Shown: piece after piece, positions 28,042 to 39,100 of the stretch
Layout: each line of letters begins with the position of its first letter
How positions within the stretch are numbered: position 1 is the first letter of the stretch
NCBI GenBank assembly: GCA_964522525.1
Contig: CAZFWG010000003.1
Span: 22,067 to 86,066 of the forward strand
Direction: 5' to 3'
DNA: 64,000 bases
Source: an uncultured Alphaproteobacteria bacterium
Lineage (GTDB): Bacteria; Pseudomonadota; Alphaproteobacteria; JAJFIK01
The notes under the pieces: generated by a model
What the model saw: only the letters and a program-made list of their open reading frames with translations
The model's database searches: none
Told to the model about the DNA's origin: nothing
Made by a program: the position numbers and the translations under genes

Positions 28042-29069
28042 TGGAACTGGGGGTCCTCGATCAATCCCCGATCGTCGAAGGCGGCAGCGCAGGCGACGCC
28101 ATCGCCCAGACCCTGGATCTGGCGCAAAGCGCCGAGGCCATGGGCTATACCCGCTACTGGGTCGCCGAACACCACAACACCAGCTCCTTTGCCGGAAGCT
28201 GCCCCGAGATCCTCATGGCGCGGATCGCCTCGGTGACCGGGCACATCAAGGTGGGCTCCGCCGGCATTCTGCTTCAACACTATGCGCCTTTGAAGATCGC
28301 GGAACAGTTCCGCATGCTGGAGACCCTGTTCCCCGGACGGATCGAACTGGGGCTGGGCCGCGCCCCGGGAACCGATCCGCGCACGGCGGGTGCGCTCCAA
28401 CCGGGACCCACGGCCTTCGGCCCGGAAGTCTATCCGCAAAAAGTGGATCTTCTGATCCGCCTGCTGGACGATGCGCGGGGCGTCGAATCCTTTGACGACA
28501 GCCATCCCTATCGGGGCATTCATGCCCAACCCTCAGGACCCGGCCGACCGGATATCTGGCTCCTGGGCTCAAGCCCGACCAGCGCCGCCATTGCCGCCGC
28601 CCTCGGCCAGCCCTTTGCCTATGCCCATTTCATCAGTGGTGACGACGGGGAGGCCGGACGATCGGGTCCCGACATCATGGCTGGCTACCGACACAGATTC
28701 ACGCCCCAGGACAGTTTTGGAAAACCCGAAGCAGCCGTCGCCGTCTCCGTGATCTGTGCCCCCACGGATGAAGAGGCCCGCTTCCTTGCCATGACCCGGC
28801 ATGTCTGGGTGGTGCAACTGTTGACCGGCGCGCGCACGACATTCATGGCACCGGAGGCGGCCGCCAAAGCCCCGCTGACGGATCAACAAAAAGCGCTTCT
28901 GCCCCTGATCCAACAACGCTGCCTTGTCGGGGACCCGCCCCGGATCCGCGACGCCTTGGAGGACCTGGCCGAGCGCTATGGCACCCGGACCCTGGTCCTG
29001 CATGGCTTTTTCCATGGGGCGGCCGCGCGCAAGCGATCCTACGAACTGATCGCCGAGGCGCTCCTTTGA
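28041..29069 (+). CDS. LLM-class flavin-dependent oxidoreductase (luciferase-like)
   Basis: RYWVAEHHN, LETLFPGRIELGLGRAPG and WLLGSS. Confidence 0.92.
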   Translation: MELGVLDQSPIVEGGSAGDAIAQTLDLAQSAEAMGYTRYWVAEHHNTSSFAGSCPEILMARIASVTGHIKVGSAGILLQHYAPLKIAEQFRMLETLFPGRIELGLGRAPGTDPRTAGALQPGPTAFGPEVYPQKVDLLIRLLDDARGVESFDDSHPYRGIHAQPSGPGRPDIWLLGSSPTSAAIAAALGQPFAYAHFISGDDGEAGRSGPDIMAGYRHRFTPQDSFGKPEAAVAVSVICAPTDEEARFLAMTRHVWVVQLLTGARTTFMAPEAAAKAPLTDQQKALLPLIQQRCLVGDPPRIRDALEDLAERYGTRTLVLHGFFHGAAARKRSYELIAEALL

Positions 29070-29093
29070 ACATTCTCCGGCCCCATCATCCGC

Positions 29094-30173
29094 TTACGGG
29101 ATGATGGGATCGAGGGTGGGGTTCCGGGCCAGCCACCGGTCCTCGGCCTCATATTGCGCCTCAAGCCCATCGGGGCGCGGTCGATGAAGTTCGTCCTCGA
29201 TGGTCATCCGCAATGCCTCGTCGAACGGGATACCGTCATGATAACCAAACCGGTTTCTTAAAAGATCCGTCCCCATGACCAAATCATAGCGGAAATCCGC
29301 GCGACGGGCGTGGCTGGTGATGTGATCGGGCGGCGCACTCCCCGCCCCCGGCATGACCGCGGATCCATCCCATCCCATGATCCGCGCCAGGCGCAGGGCG
29401 ATCTGGCCCGGCGTCAGAGCCGCGTTCGGGCCCACATTCACGGTCACGCCCGCGCCGGCCGGAGAAAGACTGATGACGGCAATCGCCTCCGCGATGTTGT
29501 CCACATAACCGAAACTGCCGCGCCAATGCGCCCAAGGCGGATCAAGGACAATGTGGGAACGCTGATCCGCCATGCGCCACACCAGCGTGGCGAAGCGGCG
29601 CTGGCGATCGCCGGGGCCGAACACCATGGGCACACGGATGACCGTCCAGTCAAATCCCGTCCGGCTCCGCACGGCGTCCTCGATCGGGATCTTGTCATAG
29701 TCCGGGGGCACATTGGGGAACAGGGCCGTACCATCTTCCTTGCGATAGGGATAGCGCGTCACGCGCAACGGCGAATCCTCGTTCAAAACGTCAATCGGAT
29801 CGGGGCTCGCCTTTCGATGGAGGCCTTCATAGTTGCGATACACATCGCCGCTGCTGATCAGCACATAGCGACCGATCCGTCCCCGAAGCACCTCGAGCAC
29901 GGGCTCGCTTTCGGTCAGGGTCATGGCGATCACATCAATGACCACATCGAACCGTTCCCGGTCGACAAGCGCCCTCAGCCGGTCGGTATCGTTGCGGTCG
30001 CACGTGACAATGGTCCCCAGAACGGGTGCGGGCCCCTGCCCCCGATGAAGGGCATGGACCTCGGCCCCTCGAGCCGACAAATGGCGGAGGAGAGGTGTCC
30101 CAATGAACCCGTTGGCGCCGATCACCAGGACACGAAGCGGCGATGCCGTCTTGTCGATTGTTCCGTCAGCCAA
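29094..30173 (-). CDS. NAD-dependent epimerase/dehydratase family protein
   Basis: VIGANGFIG Rossmann motif, LISSGDVY, YDK..IE and RVPMVFGPGD. Confidence 0.85.
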   Translation of the reverse strand: MADGTIDKTASPLRVLVIGANGFIGTPLLRHLSARGAEVHALHRGQGPAPVLGTIVTCDRNDTDRLRALVDRERFDVVIDVIAMTLTESEPVLEVLRGRIGRYVLISSGDVYRNYEGLHRKASPDPIDVLNEDSPLRVTRYPYRKEDGTALFPNVPPDYDKIPIEDAVRSRTGFDWTVIRVPMVFGPGDRQRRFATLVWRMADQRSHIVLDPPWAHWRGSFGYVDNIAEAIAVISLSPAGAGVTVNVGPNAALTPGQIALRLARIMGWDGSAVMPGAGSAPPDHITSHARRADFRYDLVMGTDLLRNRFGYHDGIPFDEALRMTIEDELHRPRPDGLEAQYEAEDRWLARNPTLDPIIP

Positions 30174-30196
30174 TAGATTTTCCCTCGTTTGCCGGC

Positions 30197-30592
30197 TTAG
30201 TCGTCGTCATCGCCCCGGCCCCGCCGACCCAAAAGACCCGCATTCATCAAGACCAGAGCCGCCACGCTGTAGAGCACCAGATCGAACAGGGTCCAGAAGC
30301 GGCTGTCGGCCGCCACGAGTGTCAAGGTCTCTTGCGAAGAGACCGTCCAGCCGATGGCCAACAGACACAAGGCGACGGCGAGGCTCAAGGTCAGCCAGGA
30401 AATCAGGCGGTCCCGGCCGCGCAGGCAGTGGGTGGCCCCGAGCAGCCCCAGGGGAATGCTCACCAGGGTCACGATCAGGCAGCCATTGACTTGGCCATCG
30501 CCGATGGCGAGATCCAGAGACGCCCCGAGCCCGGCAGCGGCGGCCGCAAGTCCCCCGACAATGAGACTGAGAATGGCAAGTGTTTTGATCAT
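30197..30592 (-). CDS. Hypothetical membrane protein (about 4 TM)
   Basis: Strongly hydrophobic 131-aa ORF, co-oriented with its neighbours. Confidence 0.6.
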   Translation of the reverse strand: MIKTLAILSLIVGGLAAAAAGLGASLDLAIGDGQVNGCLIVTLVSIPLGLLGATHCLRGRDRLISWLTLSLAVALCLLAIGWTVSSQETLTLVAADSRFWTLFDLVLYSVAALVLMNAGLLGRRGRGDDDD

Positions 30593-30668
30593 AACGGCCT
30601 CACGATAGGGGTCCTGGTTCTGTCTGTCTCATGATCATCCGCTCACCCTGTTGTGTCTGAACCCGGAT

Positions 30669-31931
30669 CTACAGGGGCAACAGACCGACGACGGCACCGG
30701 TCATCCCCGTCGCCAGGGTGCCCGCCACAAGGGAACGCATGCCAAGGCCGGCCACTTCCGCGCGACGTTCCGGCACCAGGGTGCTCAGGGTCGAAATCAA
30801 CATGCCGACACTGCCCAGATTGGCGAAGCCGCACATGGCATAGAGCATGATGACCCGGCTGCGCGGGCTCAAGACATCTTCTTCAAGGGCCGCCATATCC
30901 AGATAGGCGAAAAACTCGTTCAGGATCGTCTTTGTGCCCATCAAAGCGCCAGCGTCCATGGCCTCCGACCAGGGTATCCCATAGAACCAGACCAGGGGCG
31001 CAAAAAACCAGCCAAAAATCCGCCGTACCGTGAGAGGCTCTCCGGCGACCAGGGGCAGATTGGCCAAGGCGAGGTCGGCCAGGGTGACGAGCGCCACCAT
31101 CACCAGCAACATCGCCGTAATGGTCAAAAGAAGGGTCAAGCCCTCCCGCGTGCCTTGAACCACGGCATCCATCGAGCCTTCATAGTGCAGGCCCTTGGTC
31201 CCCAAATCGGCATCCGTGATCCCCTCATCGGGGACCATGATCCGCGCGATCATGATCACGGCCGGCAGGGAGATCAGGGAGGCCGTCAGGATATGGGCGA
31301 CGGCGCCGGGGACCACGGGCTCAAGTACATTGGCATAGAGAACAAGAACCGTGCCCGAAACCGTGGCGAGGCCCACGGACATCAAAAGGAACATCTCCCC
31401 CCGGCTGAGCCGGGAGAGATAGGCTCGAATGAAAAGGGGCGCCTCGACCATCCCCATGAACAGATTGGCCGCCGCCGCGAGGCCCGACGCCCCGCCGATG
31501 CCGAGACTGCGTTGCAGGGCAAAGGCGAAGACCCGGGTGATCACGGGCAGGATGCCCCAGTGCCACAAAAGCGCGGCCAGGGCCGACACGACAATCACGA
31601 GGGGCAGGACGCGGAAGGCGAGCGGCACCAGATTGGCGTTCGGATTGGTGACCTCGAAGGGCAGCGGGTCGATGGCCAGATAGCCGAAGACAAAGCCCGC
31701 GCCTTCATTGGTGGCCGCCTGGAGCGCGCCAATCACCGGCGTCACCGCCAACAACACCTCCCGGAATAAGGGAACCTTGAGCAGCAAGAGCGCCAGGCCG
31801 AGCTGAAGACCGACGGCGACCACCACCATGCGCCAGTCGATCGCCTTTCGATCCGTGCTGAGCGCCCAGGCCAAGCCGATCATGACGCCGATCCCGGCAG
31901 CGCTTTGCAACATCAACGGCCAATTCGCCAT
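30669..31931 (-). CDS. nupC: Concentrative nucleoside transporter (NupC/CNT family)
   Basis: GASFVFG-like segment, AFRVLP, MGMVEAPLFIRAYL, ATVSGTVL and YAMCGFANLGS. Confidence 0.9.
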   Translation of the reverse strand: MANWPLMLQSAAGIGVMIGLAWALSTDRKAIDWRMVVVAVGLQLGLALLLLKVPLFREVLLAVTPVIGALQAATNEGAGFVFGYLAIDPLPFEVTNPNANLVPLAFRVLPLVIVVSALAALLWHWGILPVITRVFAFALQRSLGIGGASGLAAAANLFMGMVEAPLFIRAYLSRLSRGEMFLLMSVGLATVSGTVLVLYANVLEPVVPGAVAHILTASLISLPAVIMIARIMVPDEGITDADLGTKGLHYEGSMDAVVQGTREGLTLLLTITAMLLVMVALVTLADLALANLPLVAGEPLTVRRIFGWFFAPLVWFYGIPWSEAMDAGALMGTKTILNEFFAYLDMAALEEDVLSPRSRVIMLYAMCGFANLGSVGMLISTLSTLVPERRAEVAGLGMRSLVAGTLATGMTGAVVGLLPL

Positions 31932-32164
31932 GGGTTGCCTTCCCCATTCCGCTATAGTGGTTGTACGTCCCAATGAAATGCGGCTCCCGGCTGTTGGTGT
32001 CCGGGAACACGCGGCAGGGACTTTAGGGCCCCTGGGCCGCGGACACTACCGGGCGGCTCCTCGACCCCGACGGGACACGGCATATTATGGACCCATGGCC
32101 GGAGACGGCTCATGAACTGATGGCCGGAGACGGCCGTCGCTTCGCAGGGCGGGAGGGAAAAGAG

Positions 32165-32611
32165 ATGGGGTTTCGCGGCTGGGTGGCCCTTTTGTGGTTG
32201 GTCACAGGGACTTTTGCCGGTGAGCGGGCGTTGGCCCAGAATCGGCCCGGGGTTGATTTCTGCAATCTGAGCGCGGAGCGGGTCACGTTCGCGGTGATCT
32301 ATCCCCAAACCGATGAGCGCGGCCGGACCTTCCTTGAAGGCCTTGGCTGGCTTCCGCTTGAACCCGGCGCCTGTATCGGCCGGGGCCTGTCGGGCGATTA
32401 TTCCGGTCGCACCATCCATATGCGGGTGCGGCATTTCCTGGCCGACGGCAAAATCCGCATCGAAAAGGGAAATGTCCGGTTTTGCGCGACCGAGGACGCC
32501 AATTTCATTGTCCGAGGCCCGGAGCTGCAAAACTGCCGGCCGGGCTATATGGCCCTGGGTTTCTTTCCGGTCGAAATCACGAAGCGCAACTCGATCATCG
32601 ATATTCGCTGA
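32165..32611 (+). CDS. Exported DUF1036-like protein
   Basis: Signal peptide; FCN...GW..LEPGAC...FC...F...C pattern. Confidence 0.7.
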   Translation: MGFRGWVALLWLVTGTFAGERALAQNRPGVDFCNLSAERVTFAVIYPQTDERGRTFLEGLGWLPLEPGACIGRGLSGDYSGRTIHMRVRHFLADGKIRIEKGNVRFCATEDANFIVRGPELQNCRPGYMALGFFPVEITKRNSIIDIR

Positions 32612-32612
32612 C

Positions 32613-32650
32613 GAAAAAGGGCGCCCGGCGCGATTGTCGCGGGGCACCCT
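32613..32650 (-). terminator. Rho-independent terminator after the small ORF
   Basis: Imperfect GC-rich hairpin (AGGGTGCCCCGCGA...TCGCGCCGGGCGCCCT) followed by TTTTT on the minus strand. Confidence 0.55.
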
Positions 32651-32677
32651 CGTTCAAGCTCAAGGCCTGGCGCGCCG

Positions 32678-32779
32678 TTACATCAGCCCGCTACCGACCT
32701 GGTTGTAGACCAGGACGATAAAGCCGGCCACGGCGGCGAGCAGGGCCAGGGTTTCGAAGACACGAACGGTTACGCGCAT
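32678..32779 (-). CDS. Small single-TM protein (33 aa), not in the ORF track
   Basis: MRVTVRVFETLALLAAVAGFIVLVYNQVGSGLM*, with an AAAGGAAAAGACC RBS context and a downstream terminator. Confidence 0.65.
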   Translation of the reverse strand: MRVTVRVFETLALLAAVAGFIVLVYNQVGSGLM

Positions 32780-33108
32780 GGTCTTTTCCTTTGTTTCATC
32801 AGATCCTTAGCCGGATCCCGATGGGCAGCACGTGGTGAATCGCCGCCAAAAGAGAACTGCCAAGCTTGCATGCCTGATCTGCGCTGCGGGCACCCATGCC
32901 CGACCCGCCCGAATGACGGGCAAACGCGATGGAAGGTCCTTGGGAGGCGACCAGCCTTGACCCCCCTTCTCCCCTGGTCCAATGAATCGGGGAACGGGCG
33001 CCCGGGCTTAGCGGTCGGCAATGTCCCCCAGACGGGGCGCCCGGACCGGCGCGCGAGATGGACCCGGGGCGCAAACAGGGCCAGGGCATAAGACACAAGG
33101 AGTGACAG

Positions 33109-34017
33109 ATGACCATTCGTTTCGATGATCAGGTGGCCGTGGTGACCGGCGCCGGCGGCGGCCTCGGTCGGTCCCATGCCTTGGAACTGGCGCGGCGCGG
33201 CGCGAAAGTCGTCGTCAACGACCTGGGCGGCGCGGTCGACGGCAGCGGCGGATCCTCGGAAGCGGCGGAAGCCGTTGTCGCAGAGATCAAGGCCGCCGGC
33301 GGCGATGCGATCGCGAATGGCGCCAGCGTCACCAACAAGGAAGGCGTGGCCGGTCTCGTCAAGCAGACCCTCGATGCCTTCGGCCGCTGCGACATCCTGA
33401 TCAACAATGCCGGCGTCTTGCGGGACAAGTCCTTCAGCAAGGTGACCCTTGAGGACTTTGAATTCGTCGTCGACGTCCATCTGATGGGTGCCGTCTATGT
33501 CACCAAGGCCTTCTGGCCGGTGATGCGGGAACAGCAATACGGCCGGATCGTCATGACCACCTCCTCGACCGGGCTGTACGGCAATTTCGGCCAGACCAAT
33601 TACGGCGCCGCGAAGCTGGCCCAGGTCGGCTTCATGAACACCCTCAAGCTTGAGGGGCAGAAGGACAACATCAACGTCAACACGATCTGCCCCGTCGCGG
33701 CGACGCGGATGACGGAAGACCTGATGCCCCCAGAAGCCCTGGAGATGTTGAAGCCGGAATTCGTTACCCCGGCCGTCATGGTGCTGTGTTCCAAGGACGC
33801 GCCCACGGGTGTGATTTTGACGGCGGGCGCCGGCGTGTTCGCCCAGGCCAAGATCGTTGAGACCCGGGGCCTCTCGCTCGGCCGAGGCCCTGATCTGTCG
33901 GCGGACAAAGTGTGGGACAACTGGGACAAGATCACCGACGACAGTCAGGCCAAAGCCTATTTCCAAGGCGGCGAACAGACCATGAAGTTCTTCGAACTCG
34001 GCCAGAAGGTCGAATGA
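33109..34017 (+). CDS. SDR-family oxidoreductase (3-hydroxyacyl-CoA dehydrogenase, MFE-2-like)
   Basis: TGAGGGLG, VNDLGG, NNAGVLRD and GNFGQTNYGAAK. AAGGAG RBS. Confidence 0.93.
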   Translation: MTIRFDDQVAVVTGAGGGLGRSHALELARRGAKVVVNDLGGAVDGSGGSSEAAEAVVAEIKAAGGDAIANGASVTNKEGVAGLVKQTLDAFGRCDILINNAGVLRDKSFSKVTLEDFEFVVDVHLMGAVYVTKAFWPVMREQQYGRIVMTTSSTGLYGNFGQTNYGAAKLAQVGFMNTLKLEGQKDNINVNTICPVAATRMTEDLMPPEALEMLKPEFVTPAVMVLCSKDAPTGVILTAGAGVFAQAKIVETRGLSLGRGPDLSADKVWDNWDKITDDSQAKAYFQGGEQTMKFFELGQKVE

Positions 34018-34077
34018 TCCGCCCCCGGACCCGGCCGGTCACCCCCTTCAACGGAACCTGGCCGCGGAGCGAAATCC

Positions 34078-34968
34078 ATGTTTCCCGAATGGCTTGAAAT
34101 CGATGGGTTCGAGGACGGAGTTAACGGCTTCGTCCGGTGGCTCGTCCAGGCCTACGGCCCCTTTTTCGACACCATTGCCGGTGGCCTCCTCTGGCTCCTG
34201 GTGCGTTTTGAGAACCTGCTCCAGGCCACACCCTGGTGGCTGATGCTGGTGCTGGCGATGGGGCTTGCCTTCCATGCGAGCCGCAAGATCTCCCTGGCGG
34301 CGGGTCTTGGAGTGGGCCTCTTCCTGATCGGCGTTCTGGGCTACTGGGACCTGGCCATGCAGACCCTGGCCCTCATGCTGGTCTGCATTACGCTGAGCAT
34401 CACCATCGGCATCCCCTTAGGCATCGGCGTCTCCCGCAGCTCCCTGGCCCGCCGGCTTGCGACACCGGTCCTCGACGCCATGCAGACCTTGCCGCCCTTT
34501 GTCTATCTGATCCCGGCGGTTCTGTTGTTCGGCCTCGGCAAGGTCCCGGCGATCATTGCCACACTGATCTATGCCACGCCGCCCGTTGTCCGGCTGACGG
34601 ATCTGGGGCTGCGCTATGTGGACCAGGAAGTCGTGGAGGCGGCCGATGCCTTCGGCGCCAGTCCTTTGCAGAAACTCTGGCGCGTGGAACTGCCGTTGGC
34701 CCTGCCCAGCATCATGGCCGGCATCAATCAGACCACCATGATGGCCTTGAGCATGGTGGTGCTGGCCTCGGTCGTGGGCGCCAAGGGTCTGGGCCAGGAA
34801 GTGCTGAGAGGCGTTCAAACCGTCGATGTCGGTCGCGGCCTGACGGCAGGGATCGCGGTCGTGGCGCTCGCCATCGTCCTGGACCGGATCACCCAGGCCT
34901 ATGGGCGCCGGCTCGAGTTCCTGCAGGCCAAGGGGGATGAAGCGATGGCGGAAGGATTGGACGGTTGA
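34078..34968 (+). CDS. proW: Glycine betaine/proline ABC transporter permease
   Basis: DAMQTLPPFVYLIP, EAADAFGA and MAGINQTTMMALSMVV. Confidence 0.9.
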   Translation: MFPEWLEIDGFEDGVNGFVRWLVQAYGPFFDTIAGGLLWLLVRFENLLQATPWWLMLVLAMGLAFHASRKISLAAGLGVGLFLIGVLGYWDLAMQTLALMLVCITLSITIGIPLGIGVSRSSLARRLATPVLDAMQTLPPFVYLIPAVLLFGLGKVPAIIATLIYATPPVVRLTDLGLRYVDQEVVEAADAFGASPLQKLWRVELPLALPSIMAGINQTTMMALSMVVLASVVGAKGLGQEVLRGVQTVDVGRGLTAGIAVVALAIVLDRITQAYGRRLEFLQAKGDEAMAEGLDG

Positions 34969-36152
34969 GCGTCGTTCTCGATACGGTCACCAAGATCTAT
35001 GGCCCGAAGCCGGAGCAGGCGCTCGCCCTTCTCGAGCAAGGAGAAAGCCGCGATGCCATCCACACCCAGACCGGCAATATCGTCGCCCTCAGGTCGGTGT
35101 CGCTGGAGATCCCCCAAGGCCAGACCACGGTCATCATGGGCCTGTCCGGCTCCGGCAAATCGACCCTGATACGGATCATCAACCGGCTGATCGATCCGAC
35201 GGCGGGGCGCGTCCTGGTGGATGATGTGGACATCATGGGGCTTGATGCGGGCGCCATTCGCACCCTGCGCCGTGACCGGATGGCCATGGTCTTCCAGCAT
35301 TTCGCGCTCCTGCCCCACCGCACGGTCCTTGACAATGCCGCCTACGGATTGGAGATCCAGGGCATTTCCGCCCCCGCCCGGGCAGAAAGCGCGCGCGGTT
35401 GGATCGAGACGGTCGGGCTCTCGGGCTATGAAAACGCGCGGCCCCATGAGCTCTCCGGCGGGATGCGTCAGCGCGTCGGTCTCGCCCGCGCCCTTGCGGC
35501 CAACACCGACATTCTGCTGATGGATGAGCCCTTCAGCGCCCTCGACCCCCTCATCCGCAAGGACATGCAGGATCTCTTGATCCGCCTTCAGAGGGATCTG
35601 AAGAAGACCATCATCTTCATTTCCCATGATCTCGACGAGGCGCTGCGCCTGGGCGATCACATTGCCCTTCTCCAGGGCGGCGAACTCGTGCAGTCGGGGA
35701 CACCCGCGGATCTGGTCCTGAAACCCAAACCCGGCTATGCGGAAACCTTTGTGCGGGACGCCAATCGCGCCCGCGTGCTGACCGCCTCCCAGATTGTCGA
35801 AAAATGTCCCCTCGTCATTCGGGACACGGACCGCCCGTTCTCGGCCTTGAGGGATATGACGGATGCGGATGTCAGCCTTGCCTGCGTCGTCGATGGCCGG
35901 GGCGTGCCCCTGGGCATGCTCACCGCGGATGACGCACGCGCGGCGGCGGGCAACACGGATACCGTGGTCGGACAGATCATGTCGGCGGTGCCGATCCTGG
36001 CCGGCACCATGACGCTTGAGCAGGTCTATCGCCCGCTCATGCGCTCACCCCATCCCCTCCCCGTGGCGGCGGGCGAGCGGCAGGGACCCCTTCTGGGGAT
36101 CGTCACGCGGGACGCGGTCCTCCAGGCATTGGCCGACTCGACGCCCGTTTGA
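34965..36152 (+). CDS. proV: Glycine betaine/proline ABC transporter ATP-binding protein with CBS domains
   Basis: GLSGSGKST, LSGGMRQRVGLARAL, DEPFSALD and a C-terminal CBS pair. Confidence 0.92.
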   Translation: MSVVLDTVTKIYGPKPEQALALLEQGESRDAIHTQTGNIVALRSVSLEIPQGQTTVIMGLSGSGKSTLIRIINRLIDPTAGRVLVDDVDIMGLDAGAIRTLRRDRMAMVFQHFALLPHRTVLDNAAYGLEIQGISAPARAESARGWIETVGLSGYENARPHELSGGMRQRVGLARALAANTDILLMDEPFSALDPLIRKDMQDLLIRLQRDLKKTIIFISHDLDEALRLGDHIALLQGGELVQSGTPADLVLKPKPGYAETFVRDANRARVLTASQIVEKCPLVIRDTDRPFSALRDMTDADVSLACVVDGRGVPLGMLTADDARAAAGNTDTVVGQIMSAVPILAGTMTLEQVYRPLMRSPHPLPVAAGERQGPLLGIVTRDAVLQALADSTPV

Positions 36153-36159
36153 ATGTCCT

Positions 36160-39100
36160 TCAAGCCGCGGCCTGTCGACGGATCGACAGGGGACGCGACC
36201 GCGTGATCAGCAGGAACATCTGCGGCACGAAGAAGAAGGAAATGATCGTCGACAACAACACGCCCCCGGCGATCGCCGTTGCGAAGGGGGGCCAGAAGCC
36301 GCCTACGGACAGGATCAATGGCAGGAACCCGCCGAAGGTGGTCAGGGTGGTCGAGAGGATGTGGCGGCTTGCCTCCACGACCGTGTCCTCGATCGTCTGG
36401 AGATCCCCATCGATCGCCTTCTGATCAAGTCTGAGCGCGGAGAGAATGATGATCGTGGCGTTGATCGCCACACCGATCAAGCCGATGATCCCGATCAGAG
36501 GCTGAAAGCCGAAGGGGAAATTACCAAGGGCCAACGCCAGGACGCCGAGACCCATGGACAGGCCGGCCACGGAAAACACGACGGCGCTCAAGCGGAACGA
36601 ATTGAAGGTCAACACCACCGTCGTGACCATCAGCATGATGATGAGACCGAGGGAGGCCACCAGCGCCCCGACCGCGTCGGAACGCGCCTCGTCGTCCCCG
36701 CCAAAGGACAGTCTGGTTCCGGGCGGCAGTTCAACGCCTTCCGCTTCCCACAATGCCCGGAACTGCGTCAAGGCCGTGGACGGCAGGGTTCCGGCCTTGA
36801 TGTAGCCCAGGACCGTGTTGACCCGTTCCCCCTGGAACCGCGTGATCGTGCTCGGCTCCGGCTCCAGCACGATATCGCCGAGGGCACTGATCGGCGCGCC
36901 CTGGAAATCGAGCAGCCGGTCATCACCGCTTCCCGGCGCGAGAACATAAAGGGACGCCAACTCGTCGAAGCGGGACCGGGTCTCGTCATCGAGGCGCACG
37001 CGGATCCTCAACTCCTCGGTCCCCTCGACGATCGTACCGCCGAAAGTCCCTTCGAGTTGGGAGTCAAGCGCCCGTGCCACATCGACCAGGGAAAGCCCAG
37101 CCTGACGGGCATCATCTTGATCCGCATCGAGCCATAATTTGGGTTCCCCGCCGGCAAGGCTCGCCGTCGTGTGGGTCACCTGGGGAATGCGGCTCAAGAG
37201 GCGGCGCGCCTTTTCGCCCAGGTCCTGAAGCTCCTTCAGATCACGGCCGAAAAAGCGCAATTCGATCGGCGCATCGACGGGCGGCCCCTGCAGAAGCTGG
37301 CGGGCAACGAACTGGACGTCGGGAAAGGTCGCGTCGAGCTGGGCCTGGACATCATTGATCAAACGATACATGCCGCGCAGGGACTTGGTGGTCACCATGG
37401 CTTCGGCAAAATTGCCGACCCCATCCTGGTTCGAGGACAAATTATAATAGAACTTGGCCGCGCTGGTGCCGATATACCATTGGATGCTCTCGATATCGTC
37501 CCGGGCACTGAGCAACTCTTGCGCTTCCTCGACGACCCGCACCGTCTCTTCGATGGAGCGTTGGGACGACAGGCGCAATTGAATCTGGAACTGATTGCGG
37601 TCCGCCTCCGGAAAAAAGGCATCGGGCAAGGTCGGCAGCGCGGCAAAGCCGATCGCCGGAATGACGATGGCGGCCAGAATGGACAGGCGCGGCGCCCGGA
37701 GGCTCAAGCCCAAGACGCTCCTGAAAAGACGCCCCATCCAAGGGAGGCTGATCCCGCCCACCCAGAACGGCACCTTGTCCTTGTCCACCTTCTGCAGCCC
37801 GCCCGGCAGGAAAACCCCGCTCAACGCCGCCCCGACCGTCAAGGCCAGGAGGAATGACAGGATCAGCATGGCAATCACGCTGGCGGAAATCGGGCCGACA
37901 AACTCACCGACCGCCCCCGGAAGAAGGCTGATGGGCGCGAAGGCAAGAACGGTCGTCAGCGTGGAGCTCAAAAGAGGCAGCCAGAGCCGTTGTATCGAGA
38001 GGGAAACGGCATCATGGGCACTCAGACCGTCGAGAAGACGGCGCCGGATGGCATCGGTCATCACGATCGCCGCATCCACCAGCAGACCCAGGGCAACGAT
38101 CAGCCCCGTGACCGACATCTGGTTGATGGGAAAACCCAAAATATTGAGAACGACAAGGGAAGACAGGCCGGTCAGCGGAATGGCCGCCGTCACGATCAGG
38201 GCCGATCGCCACCCCAGCGTGATGAAGAGCACGACAACCACGAGGCCCGCACCAATCAACAGGTTCCGGATCAGGCCCGAAAACCGTTCCTCCGCGTAGG
38301 CACTCTGGTCAAAGATGATCTGAACCTTGATGCCGTCGGAGACACGCTCGTTGAAAGTGGCAATGGCCGTACGCACCGTCGCCGTCCAATCACTCACGCG
38401 CAGGTCATCATCCATCCGTGTCGCAACGACGACGGCCGGCTTGCCGTCGATCAGGGCCAGTTCATCCGGAGGCGAGACGAGACGGCGCTCGAGACGGCCC
38501 ACATCCCCGACCCGCACGATCGCGCCGCTTTCGTCCTGGCGGATAGGGACTTCCCGCAGTCGGGAGAGGGAGTCGAGTTCGCCACGCACTTCGAAGACAT
38601 ATTCGTTGCGGGTACCGCGAAACTGACCGGCCGCGACCTTGGCGTCGGCATTGGCAATGGCCTGGGCCACGTCGTCCTCGGACAGGCCCAAGGATTCAAC
38701 AACCGCCGCGTTGATGGACACGACGACTTCCTCTTCCGGCGCTCCGATAATATCGACAAATTCCGTCCCGGGAACATTGCGCAGACGATCCTGGAGGCCC
38801 TCGGCGACCCGTTTCAGGATCAAGAGGTTGGGCGCGCTTTCCGAGTCCCAGACCAGGGCCACCTTGACCGTGAAGGCATAGGTCCGGTCATCATCGAATT
38901 CCGGTGTCGGTACATTGGCGGGAAAGTCCCGTTCCGCATCAGCCACGGCATCCCGAATGATCGCAAACGGACCATCCGTTTCATAGATCGTGTCTTCAAG
39001 CTCGACCGTGACGAGGGAGATGCCGGTCCGCGAAGACGAGGTGATCTCGGCGATCTCCGAAACCTCCCGCAACTCGTTCTCAAGCTTCTCCGTCACTAGG

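Noticed and set aside
32780-33108. Riboswitch or known ncRNA in the 330-bp intergenic region
   Set aside because: Only generic GC-rich pairings are visible, with no recognisable family signature. An Rfam/Infernal search would be needed.
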